Source: Actinomycetota bacterium (GTDB lineage Bacteria; Actinomycetota; Acidimicrobiia; IMCC26256; VFJJ01). From it: a stretch of 35,411 nt of DNA. Below are positions 9,431 to 19,282 of this stretch, piece after piece. A program made the position numbers and the translations under genes. The notes under the pieces are model-generated. The model did not search any database, was not told the origin of the DNA, and worked only from the letters and a program-made list of their open reading frames with translations. Each line of letters opens with the position of its first letter. Position 1 is the first letter of the stretch. The stretch spans positions 1-35,411 of the forward strand of contig VFJJ01000065.1 in NCBI GenBank assembly GCA_009886115.1. Reading direction: 5' to 3'.

Positions 9431-9459
9431 ATATCGGGCTGCCGGGCGCCGGCCTTGAG
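9431..9459 (-). promoter_or_regulatory. Candidate sigma28 (FliA/WhiG)-type promoter upstream of the Zn-ribbon gene
   Basis: The minus strand reads CTCA-N17-CCCGATAT, resembling the actinobacterial FliA/WhiG CTCA/TAAA-N15-17-GCCGAW consensus. Confidence 0.45.
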
Positions 9460-9547
9460 CGCTGGTCGATTCCTGGGGGTTTTGACCCCCCTCGCCCCCC
9501 CCTCGGACCCGAAGGCGCTGCAGCCGGTGCACCGAACGATCCTGCAG

Positions 9548-9588
9548 GTCCGGGGCCGTCCGGGGCCGTCCGGGACCGTCCGGGACCG
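9548..9588. repeat. 10-bp tandem repeat (GTCCGGGRCC)x4 just downstream of the CPBP stop
   Basis: Read directly from the sequence. Confidence 0.88.
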
Positions 9589-9590
9589 GA

Positions 9591-10502
9591 TCAGAGGCCC
9601 TGGAGGAGACCGAGGAGGTTGAAGCCGGCATGGAGGAGGATCGGCCGTGACGCTGAGCCCGACCGGACGGCCACGGTTCCGAGGACCAGGCCGAAGATGG
9701 CCAGGATCGCCAGCTGCACCACGGCGTTGACACCCCCGCCGACGTTGCCCAGCGCGTGCGCCAAGCTGAACACGCTGGCCTGGAGGACGATCGCCCCCGC
9801 GTCGGGGAGGCGCCGTTGCAACGAGCGCAACAACACGCCCCGGAACAGCAGCTCCTCGATGGCCGGCGCCAGGATCACCACCCCGAGGAACGCCAACAGC
9901 AGCTCGAGGGGCGTGTCGACGTAGGACAGGAGATCGACGAGAGGCTGGTCCTCGTTGTCGTCGATCATCCGGATGAGCGGAGCGAACGCCAGTCCGATGG
10001 CAATCGTCGAAGCCAGCCCGAAGAAGAGGTAGGGCCAGTCCCGCGGTCGGAGCTCGAAGCCGAAATCTCGACGGAGTGATCGCTGTCCCTTCCAGCGCGA
10101 GATCACCACCAGTGCCCCCACGGCGCCGAGGGCCTGGGCGCCGATCACGGCGCCGAAGGTGGCCTCCACCGAGAGCGTCTCCTCCCCGTCGAAGTCGAGC
10201 ACCGTGCCGGAGGGGCATCCCGGCGCGGTGCGGGTGACCTCTCGGGTCGTCGTTGTCGTTGCCGTCGTCGCTGTCGTTGCCGTCGTCACTGTCGTCGCAG
10301 TCGTCTCGGCCGGGCCCGTGCTGGCGCGCTCGTCCGCGACGCAGCGGAGCTGGAGCTCGATGCCCGTCCCCAGGAGCGCCAGACCGACGACCGATGCGAG
10401 CACCAAGCTGGCGAAGTAGGCCAAGAAGAAATCACCCAGCCCCCACGAGATCGGTCGTCGACCGCGACGGTCGGTGATGGCGGGGGGCGGCTCGATGCTC
10501 AC
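9591..10502 (-). CDS. CPBP (CAAX/Abi) family intramembrane glutamic endopeptidase
   Basis: Motifs APAIEELLFRG, FSLAH and HAGFN, plus TM helices. GTG 10502 lies 6 nt after TACCCT. Confidence 0.9.
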   Translation of the reverse strand: MSIEPPPAITDRRGRRPISWGLGDFFLAYFASLVLASVVGLALLGTGIELQLRCVADERASTGPAETTATTVTTATTATTATTTTTREVTRTAPGCPSGTVLDFDGEETLSVEATFGAVIGAQALGAVGALVVISRWKGQRSLRRDFGFELRPRDWPYLFFGLASTIAIGLAFAPLIRMIDDNEDQPLVDLLSYVDTPLELLLAFLGVVILAPAIEELLFRGVLLRSLQRRLPDAGAIVLQASVFSLAHALGNVGGGVNAVVQLAILAIFGLVLGTVAVRSGSASRPILLHAGFNLLGLLQGL

Positions 10503-10566
10503 CCGGCGAGGGTACCCCCGACGATCGGGCCGGTACGGCTGCGGCCGGCCCCTACGATGGTCTGAC

Positions 10567-12489
10567 ATGACTCCTCCGCCCGACCCCGGCCGACCAGGGG
10601 GACGCACACCGCGCACACCGCGCACACCGCGCACACCGGTGTCGGCGAGCAAGCGCGCCATCGCCATCGCCGTCGTGGGACTGATCATCGTGAGCCTGAC
10701 CATCGCCGCGCTGGTCAGCTCCGGTGACGGCGCGGCCGAAGACTCCATCGGCTACACCGAGTTCCTCCAGAAGGTCGAGGCCGGCCAGGTCAGCGAGATC
10801 GTCGTCGACGATCGCTCCGGCGACATCACCGGCCAGTACGACGACTCCGATCCGCTCGATCCCACGATCTTCCGGACCGACGGCCCGAGGAACGGCTTCG
10901 CCGACGCCGACCAGGAGTTGCTTGACGCCCAGGGCGTGACGGTGACGTACCGCGGTCACGACAGCGGGCTCCTCGGCCCACTGCTCGTGTGGATGCTGCC
11001 GTTGCTGTTGATCGCGGGCCTGATCGTGTGGTTCGCCCGTCGCCAGGGCCAGATGGCGTCGATCACCAACATCGGGCGCAGCCGAGCCAAGGTGTACACG
11101 ACCGAGCGGCCATCGACCATCTTCAGCGACGTGGCGGGTTACGAAGCTGTCAAGGAGGAGATCCGAGAGGTCGTCGACTTCCTCAAGTACCCGAGCCGCT
11201 TCACCGAGCTCGGCGCCCGGATCCCCAAGGGGGTGCTGCTCGTCGGCCCCCCGGGAACCGGCAAGACCCTCCTGGCTCGGGCCGTCGCCGGCGAGGCCGG
11301 GGTCCCGTTCATCTCGGTGACCGGGTCCGACTTCATGGAGATGTTCGTGGGCGTGGGCGCAGCCCGTGTCCGCGACCTCTTCGAGACGGCCCGCAAGCAG
11401 GCGCCGGCGATCATCTTCGTCGACGAGATCGACTCCATCGGCCGCAAGCGGGGCTCCGGCCTCGGCGGCGGCCACGACGAACGCGAGCAGACGCTCAACC
11501 AGATGCTCTCCGAGATGGACGGCTTCGAGACGAGCGAAGGTGTCGTCATGATGGCCGCGACCAACCGACCCGACGTTCTCGACCCGGCCTTGCTGCGCCC
11601 GGGACGCTTCGACCGCCAGATCATCGTCCCCCTGCCGTCGCTCAGCGAGCGTCGGGAGATCCTCGACGTGCACACCCGGGGCAAGCGCATCGGCGCCGGC
11701 GTCGACCTCGACGTCCTGGCCCGTGGCACGCCCGGCATGAGCGGCGCCGATCTGGCCAACCTGGTGAACGAGGCCGCCCTCCACGCCGTGCGTCGAGGCG
11801 CGGTCGAGGTGGGCGCCGAGGACGTCGAAGGGGCACGCGATCGGGTCCTCATGGGGCTGCGGCGCACGTCGATGGTGCTCTCCCCGGAGGAGAAGGAGAT
11901 CATCGCCCACCACGAGGCCGGTCACGCCCTGGTGGCGTACCTCCTCCCGATGGCCGACCCCGTCCACAAGGTGACGATCCTCCCCAGCGGCATGGCTCTG
12001 GGCGTCACCCAGCAGCTCCCCGAGGGTGAGCGGCATCTCTACCAGCGGCCGTATCTCGAGGATCGGATGGGCGTCCTGCTCGGCGGTCGGCTGGCCGAGG
12101 AGCTCATCTTCGGAGCGGTCTCGACCGGGGCGCAGAACGACCTCGTGCGGGCCACCGAGATCGCCCGCAGCATGGTGCGCGAGTGGGGGATGTCGACGCG
12201 CATCGGCCCCATGGCCTGGGGCAGTCAGGCGATGACCTTCATCGGCGACGACCTGATGCACTCGCGCGACTACTCCGACGACACGGCCCGGGTGATCGAC
12301 GAGGAGGTCGAGCGGATCCTGCGAGAGCAACAAGAGCGCATCCGGTCCCTGCTGCGCGAGCACCGGCCCGGGCTCAGGGCCCTGGCCCGGAGCCTGCTCG
12401 AGAACGAGACGGTCGACGGCGTCGAGGTCGGACGTCTCGTCGACGGGGCGCCCGCACCACCCGTCCTGGTCAAGACCCCCGCGCCCTAG
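10567..12489 (+). CDS. ftsH: ATP-dependent zinc metalloprotease FtsH
   Basis: Two N-terminal TMs, Walker A GPPGTGKT, pore motif FVG, Walker [28 protein letters not shown] and zinc motif HEAGH. ATG 10567 lies 8 nt after TACGAT. Confidence 0.97.
   Translation: MTPPPDPGRPGGRTPRTPRTPRTPVSASKRAIAIAVVGLIIVSLTIAALVSSGDGAAEDSIGYTEFLQKVEAGQVSEIVVDDRSGDITGQYDDSDPLDPTIFRTDGPRNGFADADQELLDAQGVTVTYRGHDSGLLGPLLVWMLPLLLIAGLIVWFARRQGQMASITNIGRSRAKVYTTERPSTIFSDVAGYEAVKEEIREVVDFLKYPSRFTELGARIPKGVLLVGPPGTGKTLLARAVAGEAGVPFISVTGSDFMEMFVGVGAARVRDLFETARKQAPAIIFVDEIDSIGRKRGSGLGGGHDEREQTLNQMLSEMDGFETSEGVVMMAATNRPDVLDPALLRPGRFDRQIIVPLPSLSERREILDVHTRGKRIGAGVDLDVLARGTPGMSGADLANLVNEAALHAVRRGAVEVGAEDVEGARDRVLMGLRRTSMVLSPEEKEIIAHHEAGHALVAYLLPMADPVHKVTILPSGMALGVTQQLPEGERHLYQRPYLEDRMGVLLGGRLAEELIFGAVSTGAQNDLVRATEIARSMVREWGMSTRIGPMAWGSQAMTFIGDDLMHSRDYSDDTARVIDEEVERILREQQERIRSLLREHRPGLRALARSLLENETVDGVEVGRLVDGAPAPPVLVKTPAP
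10603..10638 (+). repeat. In-frame 9-bp tandem repeat (CGCACACCG)x4 encoding (RTP)4 in the FtsH N-tail
   Basis: Read directly from the sequence. Confidence 0.9.
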
Positions 12490-12525
12490 CGCTGCGGGCC
12501 CGGGAAGCCCGGGGGCTCGGCGCAC

Positions 12526-13011
12526 TCAGGGCCCGTCGAGCGAGCCGAGCGAGCCGAGCGAGCCGAGGTCGGGCTCGGGTGAGCTGCCCGGTTCCCTGAC
12601 CTCGGCCAGGGCTGCCCACAGGTCGGTCGCGGTCGTCTGCCCCACGAACGCGGCCCGTACCACACCCTCGGCGTCGACGATGACCGTGGTGGGAACGGCG
12701 TCGATGTGGTAGCGCTCGTGGAGGTCGCGGTCGCGCGTGTATTCGCACTCGGCGAAGGCAACGAACGGGCTCTCGACGACCGATCCCTTGGCGATCATCG
12801 CCGCGCAGGTGGTGCACGACGCCGACGAGAACACCACGACGAGCCAGGGAGCGTCGGGCCGGAGAAAGTCGGCCCGGGCGAGCTGGTGGGGCACGGCGTG
12901 GCTCGTGCGGATCGGCCCCGTCGACCGGGAGGACTGGCGCCGGTCGAGCACCCAGGCGACCAACCCCGCGCCGGCCAGGAGCACCGCGGCAAGCGCGATC
13001 CTCGCGGCCAT
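12526..13011 (-). CDS. Membrane-anchored thioredoxin-fold protein
   Basis: N-terminal TM, then VVFSSASCTTC (CxxC) and the cis-Pro motif AVPTT. It is the C-terminal part of the track ORF 12526..14928, and its ATG (13011) follows the upstream stop by 2 nt. Confidence 0.85.
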   Translation of the reverse strand: MAARIALAAVLLAGAGLVAWVLDRRQSSRSTGPIRTSHAVPHQLARADFLRPDAPWLVVVFSSASCTTCAAMIAKGSVVESPFVAFAECEYTRDRDLHERYHIDAVPTTVIVDAEGVVRAAFVGQTTATDLWAALAEVREPGSSPEPDLGSLGSLGSLDGP

Positions 13012-13013
13012 CG

Positions 13014-14837
13014 TCAGCCAGCCGCGAACGGCAGCCCGGCGACGAGACTGAAGCCCGTCTCGGTCACGGCCAGCCGAGCGACGGTGACGGGTTGCTCCGT
13101 GCTCACGAGCACGACGGCCGAACCCCGCTCGGCCGAACCGGTGTCGAGCACGAGGATCACCGTGGTCTGGGGGGCGACCTCGATCTCCTCGAGACCGAAG
13201 GCCGACACCCCGAGATCGCCGTCGAGGACGTCGGCCTCGACGGTGGCCGAGACGTTCTCGGTGTTGGTGATCGCGACCAGTACCCGGTTCCCCGGCGCCG
13301 GTGGTGCTCCTGGCACCAGCCAGGCCCGGCTCGGACCCCGGGTCGGGCGCACGACCTCGTAGGCCTGGGCCAGGTTCGGGACCGTGGGGGACACGGTCGT
13401 GGTCGTGGCCGGCAAGGTCGTCGAGGTCGTGGTGGTCGTGGGGGGCAACGTCGTCGTCGTGGTCGTCTCGGGGATCGTGGAGCCCGACGCCGTCGTGGGT
13501 GCTCCAGCCACCGTCGTCCCGGTCGCGGCTCCCGAGGTCGCGGTCTCGGCGGGCCCCGTGCTGGCCGGGGGCTCGGTGGACGGGGGCTCGGTGGCCGGCG
13601 GCTCGGTGGCCGGCGGCTCGGTGGGAGGCGGCTCGGTGGGAGGCGCGGGGACGGGGCGGGCCTGGCTCACGATCGACAGGTGCGTCACGAAGGTGGCCGA
13701 TCCTGCGGAGTCGACCGAGATGGTGTGATGCACGTCGGGCGCGACCAGGGCGACCCCGGGCTCGCCCGAGATGGCGATCGGCAGGGCCAGACCAGGGCCC
13801 ACGACCACCTCGACGGGGATCACGGGGGTGCCGTCGTACGTCTGCACGACCACGGTCACGATCACCGTCACGTCGTTCGGGTTGGCCACCACGAGGGTCT
13901 CGGATCCGCCCACCGACCAGATGGCGTCGGCGAAGGTCCACGAGCCCGCCGGGGACGGCACGCCGAGCTCGAGGCCCAGTCCCGAGCGTCCGTCCGAGCC
14001 GTCGAAGATCTGGGAGCGCTCGGCGACAACACCGGCCCCCTCGGACTCGACGGCGACCCCCACGACCGACTCCCGGAGGGCGAACGCGTGCAGCGGCACC
14101 GAGAGCCGGCCCTGCCGGGGGACGGTGAGGTGCTGCAGATCGAGCGGGCGCTCCTCGCCCGAAGGCAGCAGCAACCGGAGATCGACCCGGGCGTCCTGGG
14201 CCGCCGGGTTGAAGATCACGATCCAGTCCTGGGCGTCCTTCTCGGTCGAACCCCCGGCGAAGTACCAGGTGGGCTCGGGGCGGGTCGCGCAGGGTCCCAC
14301 AGCGACGTCGTCGGCGCCGACGAGCTCGTGGGCCACGCTCACCTCCCCGGCGAGGACCTCGACGAGAACCCCAGGCTCGGCGATGACGGCGATGTCCGAG
14401 AGCGGAACCCGCAACGTCGTGGCCGGCGCCACGTCGCGGGTCACCGAGACGGGGCCCGCCATCTCCATCGACGACATCACGGTCACCACGGCGCGCGCCG
14501 GCGCCGTGCCGGCGTTGGTGATCACGATCGTCTCGTCGGCGCGGCCGTCGGGCGTCGACGTGCCTTCGGCGCAGTACCACGCGGTCGAGAGCATGCCGGC
14601 CGGCGGGACCAGGGGCGAGTCGGCGGCGGACACGACCAAGACTTCGGGCGGGTCGGCACGCCGGTCCTCGATGGCGAAGCCCAACGCCACCACGAACCCG
14701 AGCATGGCCACGATCGGGATCCGCAGCGCCGACCCCGACCCGGGCGCGCTCCGCTGCCGACGGCGCGGCGGCGTGTACGGCCGCAGATCGAGATCGTCGA
14801 GATCGGGCCCGGTGGCCCGCCGGGAACGCCGGCTCAT
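13014..14837 (-). CDS. DUF5719-like membrane-anchored extracytoplasmic protein with a Pro/Thr-rich insert
   Basis: One TM, STAWYCAEG, repeated W.F..G.T and 'NP' beta modules. It has an ATGA overlap with the upstream GT2, the usual actinobacterial GT2-DUF5719 pairing. Confidence 0.75.
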   Translation of the reverse strand: MSRRSRRATGPDLDDLDLRPYTPPRRRQRSAPGSGSALRIPIVAMLGFVVALGFAIEDRRADPPEVLVVSAADSPLVPPAGMLSTAWYCAEGTSTPDGRADETIVITNAGTAPARAVVTVMSSMEMAGPVSVTRDVAPATTLRVPLSDIAVIAEPGVLVEVLAGEVSVAHELVGADDVAVGPCATRPEPTWYFAGGSTEKDAQDWIVIFNPAAQDARVDLRLLLPSGEERPLDLQHLTVPRQGRLSVPLHAFALRESVVGVAVESEGAGVVAERSQIFDGSDGRSGLGLELGVPSPAGSWTFADAIWSVGGSETLVVANPNDVTVIVTVVVQTYDGTPVIPVEVVVGPGLALPIAISGEPGVALVAPDVHHTISVDSAGSATFVTHLSIVSQARPVPAPPTEPPPTEPPATEPPATEPPSTEPPASTGPAETATSGAATGTTVAGAPTTASGSTIPETTTTTTLPPTTTTTSTTLPATTTTVSPTVPNLAQAYEVVRPTRGPSRAWLVPGAPPAPGNRVLVAITNTENVSATVEADVLDGDLGVSAFGLEEIEVAPQTTVILVLDTGSAERGSAVVLVSTEQPVTVARLAVTETGFSLVAGLPFAAG

Positions 14838-17800
14838 GGCACCTCATCCAGGTCTCGGGGATCGAACGGGTCGTCGGAACCACCCCGTCCGACGGGAACG
14901 CTGGGAAAGCCGGGCCGGTCGACGTCATCGGGACCGCCCGGCGAGATCGCCGCGCCGGGAGACCCGGTGCCGGGCTCGTCGCCCACCCTGGCGGCGCGCC
15001 CGACAGCCCGGCGCTCGCGGCGAGTCAGCGGCATGTCGGCCCACACCTCGGCGGCTTCTCGATCCTCCGCCGCCAGGGCCGCGGCCTGTTGGCGGCGAAG
15101 GGCCCGGCGACTCTGGCGCTCGACGGCGGCGGGGTCGGTGAGCCCCGCCCGGTCGGCAGCGAGCCGTCGAGCCGTCGCCAACCTCGAAGCGACCCCAACC
15201 CGACGCCGGACCAACCATGCGATCAGCACCCAGAGCACGATCTGGGCCGTCACCAGCCAGCGCTGCGTCGACGGCACGTCGTAGGCGACGGTGACCATCC
15301 CGCCCTCAGGGACATCGAACCCGTTGATCAGCCCGAGCACCCGCTCGGGCGCCACCGAACGCCCGCCGACCGTCGCTCGCCATCGGTCGTCGTAGCGCTC
15401 CGACAGGAGCACCGCACTCGGGTTGACCGGACCGCTCACCTCGAGTCGATCGCCCGCGGGGAGCGCAGCCACGACACGTTGCAGGTCGAGACCGGTGGCG
15501 TCGAGGAGCCCCGAAGCAACGAGCGCCGGGAGCTCCTCACGCACGAGGCTGCCTCGGATCGGGGCGGCGGCCTCGTTGCGCCACACCCGGGCGCCCGTGA
15601 CCGACAACGCGGTGAGGTCGGTCTGGCGGCCGAGCGCAGCTGCCAACGGGAGCTCACCATCGCGTGCCCCTTCGACCTGAGGATGCGGCCCGTCGGGGAT
15701 GACGATGTAGCGGACGGCCATGGGTGCGAGCAGATGACCGAGCCGGGTCGTGCGGTCGGCGGTGACGAGCACCAGCGCATCCTCGAGCGACTGCGACGAC
15801 TTCGCGGCCGAGGCCGGGAACAGATCGCGAGCATCGAGGACACCGTCGCGCGTGAACGTGTAGGCCAGCTCACCGTAGGTGAGCTGGGGATCGCCGGGGA
15901 GGTCCTCGGGTCTCCCTGCCCACAGCACACGGAAGTGCCCGTCGGTCTCGACATCGGAGCGCATCCAGGCCAGGGCCCGGTCCCAGTCGCGCGTGGGGAG
16001 GTCGAAGCGCCCGCCGGCCAGCGACGCCACGAACGGCAGCGATCCGACGAAGGTCGCTCCGACCATGAGCGCCGCCAGCAGCTGGCGCCAGCTGAACGAC
16101 CGACGCTGGATCTCGTCGACGAAGACCGCCATCCCCGTGCCGACGGCGAGCGCCACACCCACCGCTGCGATGACGAGCGGCACCTCGGGAGCCGGCCAGG
16201 CAACGACGAACCAGTCCTGGCCGGGTATCCAGGCGCCAGCCCAGCCGGCCAGGGCCAGGAGCCAGGCCCGGCCTGCCCAGGCGACCCGCCAACCCGATCC
16301 GAGCGCCAGCGGGAGCAGCCCCACGGCGAACACGGCGAAGACGAGACGGCCACCCGAGGCCGGACCCGAGTCGAAGCTCATGACCGCCTGCGCGTCGAGC
16401 CGGGGGTGGAAGATGACCCCGAGCAAACCCCCGTCGGGATCGGGATCGACGAGCGAGAGCGACCAGGGCAACAGGAGCAGGGCGCCGAGCGCGGAGCCGG
16501 CGATCGCCACGAGCAAGCCCCGCATCGCACCCACCACGCCACCCGTCACCAGCGAGGCCACGACGAGCACGGCAGCGATCGCCGGCACGAGAACGAGCAC
16601 CGGGGGGCACAGCGCGCCCGACACCGCCACGAGCAGGCCCAGGGTGAGCACCATGCGGCGGATCTCGGGTCGCCGTCCGTCGGCGAACTCCGACCCGACG
16701 AACGGCACCACGCCGCCGGCCCTGATGACCCGCTCGACGAGGAAGGGCGCTGCGGCGAACAGCACGATGGCGCCCAGGCGCCCGTTGGCGATCGCGTTCC
16801 GGCTCACCGGCAGCGCCGCGTAGGTGACGGCGGCGGTGATGGCCGGCCAGGGCCCCGGGGAGAGCGGCCGTGAGAGCCTGAACGCGCCCAAGGCGCCGAT
16901 CGGGATCGTCCCGACGACGAGCAGGGTGCGAGCAAGTGCCGGATGGTCGCCGACCACGAAGGTCAGCAGGCCCATCAACCCGAACGCGGGGGCGGCCGGT
17001 ACCGAGGCCCCCAAACCGCTGAAGCGCCATGGCGATGTGAACGTGTCGAACAGGCTTCCGGCGTCGGGCCAGGGGGTGAGCGAGCCGACGGCGGGAACCG
17101 TTCCGCTGATCAGGTGGCGCGCGCCCAGGCCCACCAACGCCAACAGGAGCAGGAACACCGCCACGACCGGCTCGCGCATGCCCGATGTCGCCGATGTGGC
17201 GACCCCCCGACGGAGGTTGTCGAAGGCCCGCACGCGCGACTCGTCGGCGAAGCGGGTCGTGAGCAGCGAGCGCAGCCGGGTCGTGCTGCGAACCTGCAAC
17301 GAGCGCAACTCGCGGTCGGGGACGTGCCGCTGCCGCTGGACGATCCGCCGCAGCTTGAGGGTCCCCCGGATGTTCCGGGTGTTCCACGTCCACGCCCCGA
17401 GGCGGGCCCCGGCCTCGCCGAAACGCCCGATGACGACCAGGCGGAGCACGGCCAAGATGCTGAGCAGGAGGTACTGCGGGATGACCGCGAGCAGGCTGAG
17501 CGGTGACTGCACCTTGAGCAGGACCCGGAGCCGGCTGCGATACCGGTGGGCGTTGTCCGAGCGCTTGGCCGTGGTGCGGATCGAGGTCGCCCCGAGGTGG
17601 CGGGCGAAGGCGTCGGGAGCGACGATCACCCGTCCACCCATCAGCCGGGTCCGCCAGCACAGGTCGGCGTCGGCAACCCGATGGTGGAGCTTGGGGTCCA
17701 TCCCACCGATCTCGGCGAAGAGATCGGCGCGGACGAGCATGGCTGCCGCCGGGACGAAGAACACGTCGCGCACCGCGTCGTGCTGCTCCTGGTCGACCTC

Positions 17801-18508
17801 GCCAGGTTCGATCCCCGACCAGGGCACGGCGAACTTGTCGATCGACAAGCCCACTTGCAACAGCACCTCGGGCCGGGCGAAATTGACGAGCTTGGGCCCG
17901 ACCACGGCGGCGTTCGAACGGAACGCCTCTTCGACCATGAGTCGAACGGCCCCCGCCCCGAGGACCACGTCGTCGTGGCAGACCAGGAGAAACGTCGCCC
18001 CCTCGACCGACCGGGCGCCCTGGTTCACCGCCTGGGCAAACGAGAGGGTCTCGGGGAAGCGCACGATGAACGCCCCCGGAAGGATTCCCGCCACGAGCTC
18101 GGACGGGTCGGAGAAGCTGCCGTTGTCGACGACGAGCACCGTGAGATTCGGGTAGTCCTGGGTGGCGATGCCGGTCAACGCCTCGGTGAACCAGGGCCCG
18201 GGATCATGGGCCACCACGACGAGCACGACGGCCGGAGCCACGACGGACGCGTCCTCGGCGATCTCCGGCACGCGTTCCGGGGCGCTCTCGATGGCACGCG
18301 CCTCTGGGGCGTCCGGCGCCGCACCGGCGGAAACGGGATCGGGAGCAGTGGTGGGACCGGGCGCGGGCTCCTCTCGGCTCTCGAGGCCGAGGGCATCGAG
18401 GTCGGAAGAGTCCGTGTCGTCGTCGCTGGGCGCGAACGACCCGGGTTCCGGGAGCGACGGCTCCGGTGACCCCGGATCAGCCGGCCGCTCGGGATCCGTT
18501 GCGTCCAT
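14834..18508 (-). CDS. Large GT2 glycosyltransferase fused to a multi-TM membrane domain
   Basis: Motifs VVDNGS, CHDD, VVGPKL, QEQHDAVRDVF and DLCWR, followed by many TM helices and an extracytoplasmic domain. The start is uncertain (ATG 18508 chosen). Confidence 0.88.
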   Translation of the reverse strand: MDATDPERPADPGSPEPSLPEPGSFAPSDDDTDSSDLDALGLESREEPAPGPTTAPDPVSAGAAPDAPEARAIESAPERVPEIAEDASVVAPAVVLVVVAHDPGPWFTEALTGIATQDYPNLTVLVVDNGSFSDPSELVAGILPGAFIVRFPETLSFAQAVNQGARSVEGATFLLVCHDDVVLGAGAVRLMVEEAFRSNAAVVGPKLVNFARPEVLLQVGLSIDKFAVPWSGIEPGEVDQEQHDAVRDVFFVPAAAMLVRADLFAEIGGMDPKLHHRVADADLCWRTRLMGGRVIVAPDAFARHLGATSIRTTAKRSDNAHRYRSRLRVLLKVQSPLSLLAVIPQYLLLSILAVLRLVVIGRFGEAGARLGAWTWNTRNIRGTLKLRRIVQRQRHVPDRELRSLQVRSTTRLRSLLTTRFADESRVRAFDNLRRGVATSATSGMREPVVAVFLLLLALVGLGARHLISGTVPAVGSLTPWPDAGSLFDTFTSPWRFSGLGASVPAAPAFGLMGLLTFVVGDHPALARTLLVVGTIPIGALGAFRLSRPLSPGPWPAITAAVTYAALPVSRNAIANGRLGAIVLFAAAPFLVERVIRAGGVVPFVGSEFADGRRPEIRRMVLTLGLLVAVSGALCPPVLVLVPAIAAVLVVASLVTGGVVGAMRGLLVAIAGSALGALLLLPWSLSLVDPDPDGGLLGVIFHPRLDAQAVMSFDSGPASGGRLVFAVFAVGLLPLALGSGWRVAWAGRAWLLALAGWAGAWIPGQDWFVVAWPAPEVPLVIAAVGVALAVGTGMAVFVDEIQRRSFSWRQLLAALMVGATFVGSLPFVASLAGGRFDLPTRDWDRALAWMRSDVETDGHFRVLWAGRPEDLPGDPQLTYGELAYTFTRDGVLDARDLFPASAAKSSQSLEDALVLVTADRTTRLGHLLAPMAVRYIVIPDGPHPQVEGARDGELPLAAALGRQTDLTALSVTGARVWRNEAAAPIRGSLVREELPALVASGLLDATGLDLQRVVAALPAGDRLEVSGPVNPSAVLLSERYDDRWRATVGGRSVAPERVLGLINGFDVPEGGMVTVAYDVPSTQRWLVTAQIVLWVLIAWLVRRRVGVASRLATARRLAADRAGLTDPAAVERQSRRALRRQQAAALAAEDREAAEVWADMPLTRRERRAVGRAARVGDEPGTGSPGAAISPGGPDDVDRPGFPSVPVGRGGSDDPFDPRDLDEVP

Positions 18509-18680
18509 GAGGAACCCGGAGCCTACCGCCACACGGGCCCGAAGCCCCGGCACCGGGCCCACGCCAGCCACGCGGTCCTCGCCCAGCGAGCGCTTGGCCA
18601 CCGAGCTCGGAGGGCGGCTCGGCACACGGGCCGTGTCGGCGATACGGTGATCGAACCGCTAACACCTCCAGGAGGACGTC

Positions 18681-19238
18681 ATGAGCACGCAGCCGTTGCA
18701 GCAGGCCATCGCCACCACCCGAAACGTCCTCGTCGGTGTGGCCACCGACCAGATGACCCTCGAAACGCCCTGCGCATCGTGGAAGGTCCGCGAGCTGATC
18801 AACCACATCGTGGGCGCCCAGTACTTCTTCGTCGCGGGTGTCGAGGGCGCACCTCCGGCCGGCGGCGACACCGACTACGCCGCGGGCGACTACATCGCCG
18901 CATTCGACGCTGCGAGCGCCGCGTGCCTCGGCGTGTTCTCGACCGAAGGCGTCATGCAGAAGATGCTCACGCTCCCCTTCGGCGCCATGCCGGGCGCGGC
19001 CTTCCTCGGTCTGGCGACGACCGACACGTTCGTGCACGGCTGGGACCTGGCCCAGGCGACGGGCCAGCCGACCGACCTGGATCCTGAGCTGGCGGGGGCG
19101 CTGCTCGCGCAGTCGAAGATGGCTATCCAGGACGCGTTCCGAGGGCCCGAGGGCGCACCGTTCGGACCAGAGCAGCACGCGCCGGCCGGCGCCAGCGTCG
19201 CCGACCAGCTCGCGGCCTTCCTGGGTCGCAAGGTCTGA
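18681..19238 (+). CDS. TIGR03086 family (DinB/MDMPI superfamily) metal-binding protein
   Basis: Motifs TPCASWKVRELINHIV, DTFVHGWDLAQATGQ and LAAFLGR, with an AGGAGG RBS. Confidence 0.9.
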   Translation: MSTQPLQQAIATTRNVLVGVATDQMTLETPCASWKVRELINHIVGAQYFFVAGVEGAPPAGGDTDYAAGDYIAAFDAASAACLGVFSTEGVMQKMLTLPFGAMPGAAFLGLATTDTFVHGWDLAQATGQPTDLDPELAGALLAQSKMAIQDAFRGPEGAPFGPEQHAPAGASVADQLAAFLGRKV

Positions 19239-19282
19239 TCAGCACCCCGTCGAGCGCGTGACCGAGGCATAGGATCCGGGGC

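Noticed and set aside
9475..9490. GGGGGT-TTTG-ACCCCC hairpin as an intrinsic terminator (also the CCCGGG-AAG-CCCGGG hairpin near 12500)
   Set aside because: The stems are short with no U-tract in GC-rich DNA, so support is insufficient.
10552..17660. Alternative-frame ORFs 10552..12525, 13092..15284, 15089..16873, 15870..17660 and the N-terminal 640 aa of 12526..14928
   Set aside because: They are Arg/Gly/Pro-rich off-frame translations overlapping well-supported genes. Only 12526-13011 of the last ORF looks coding.
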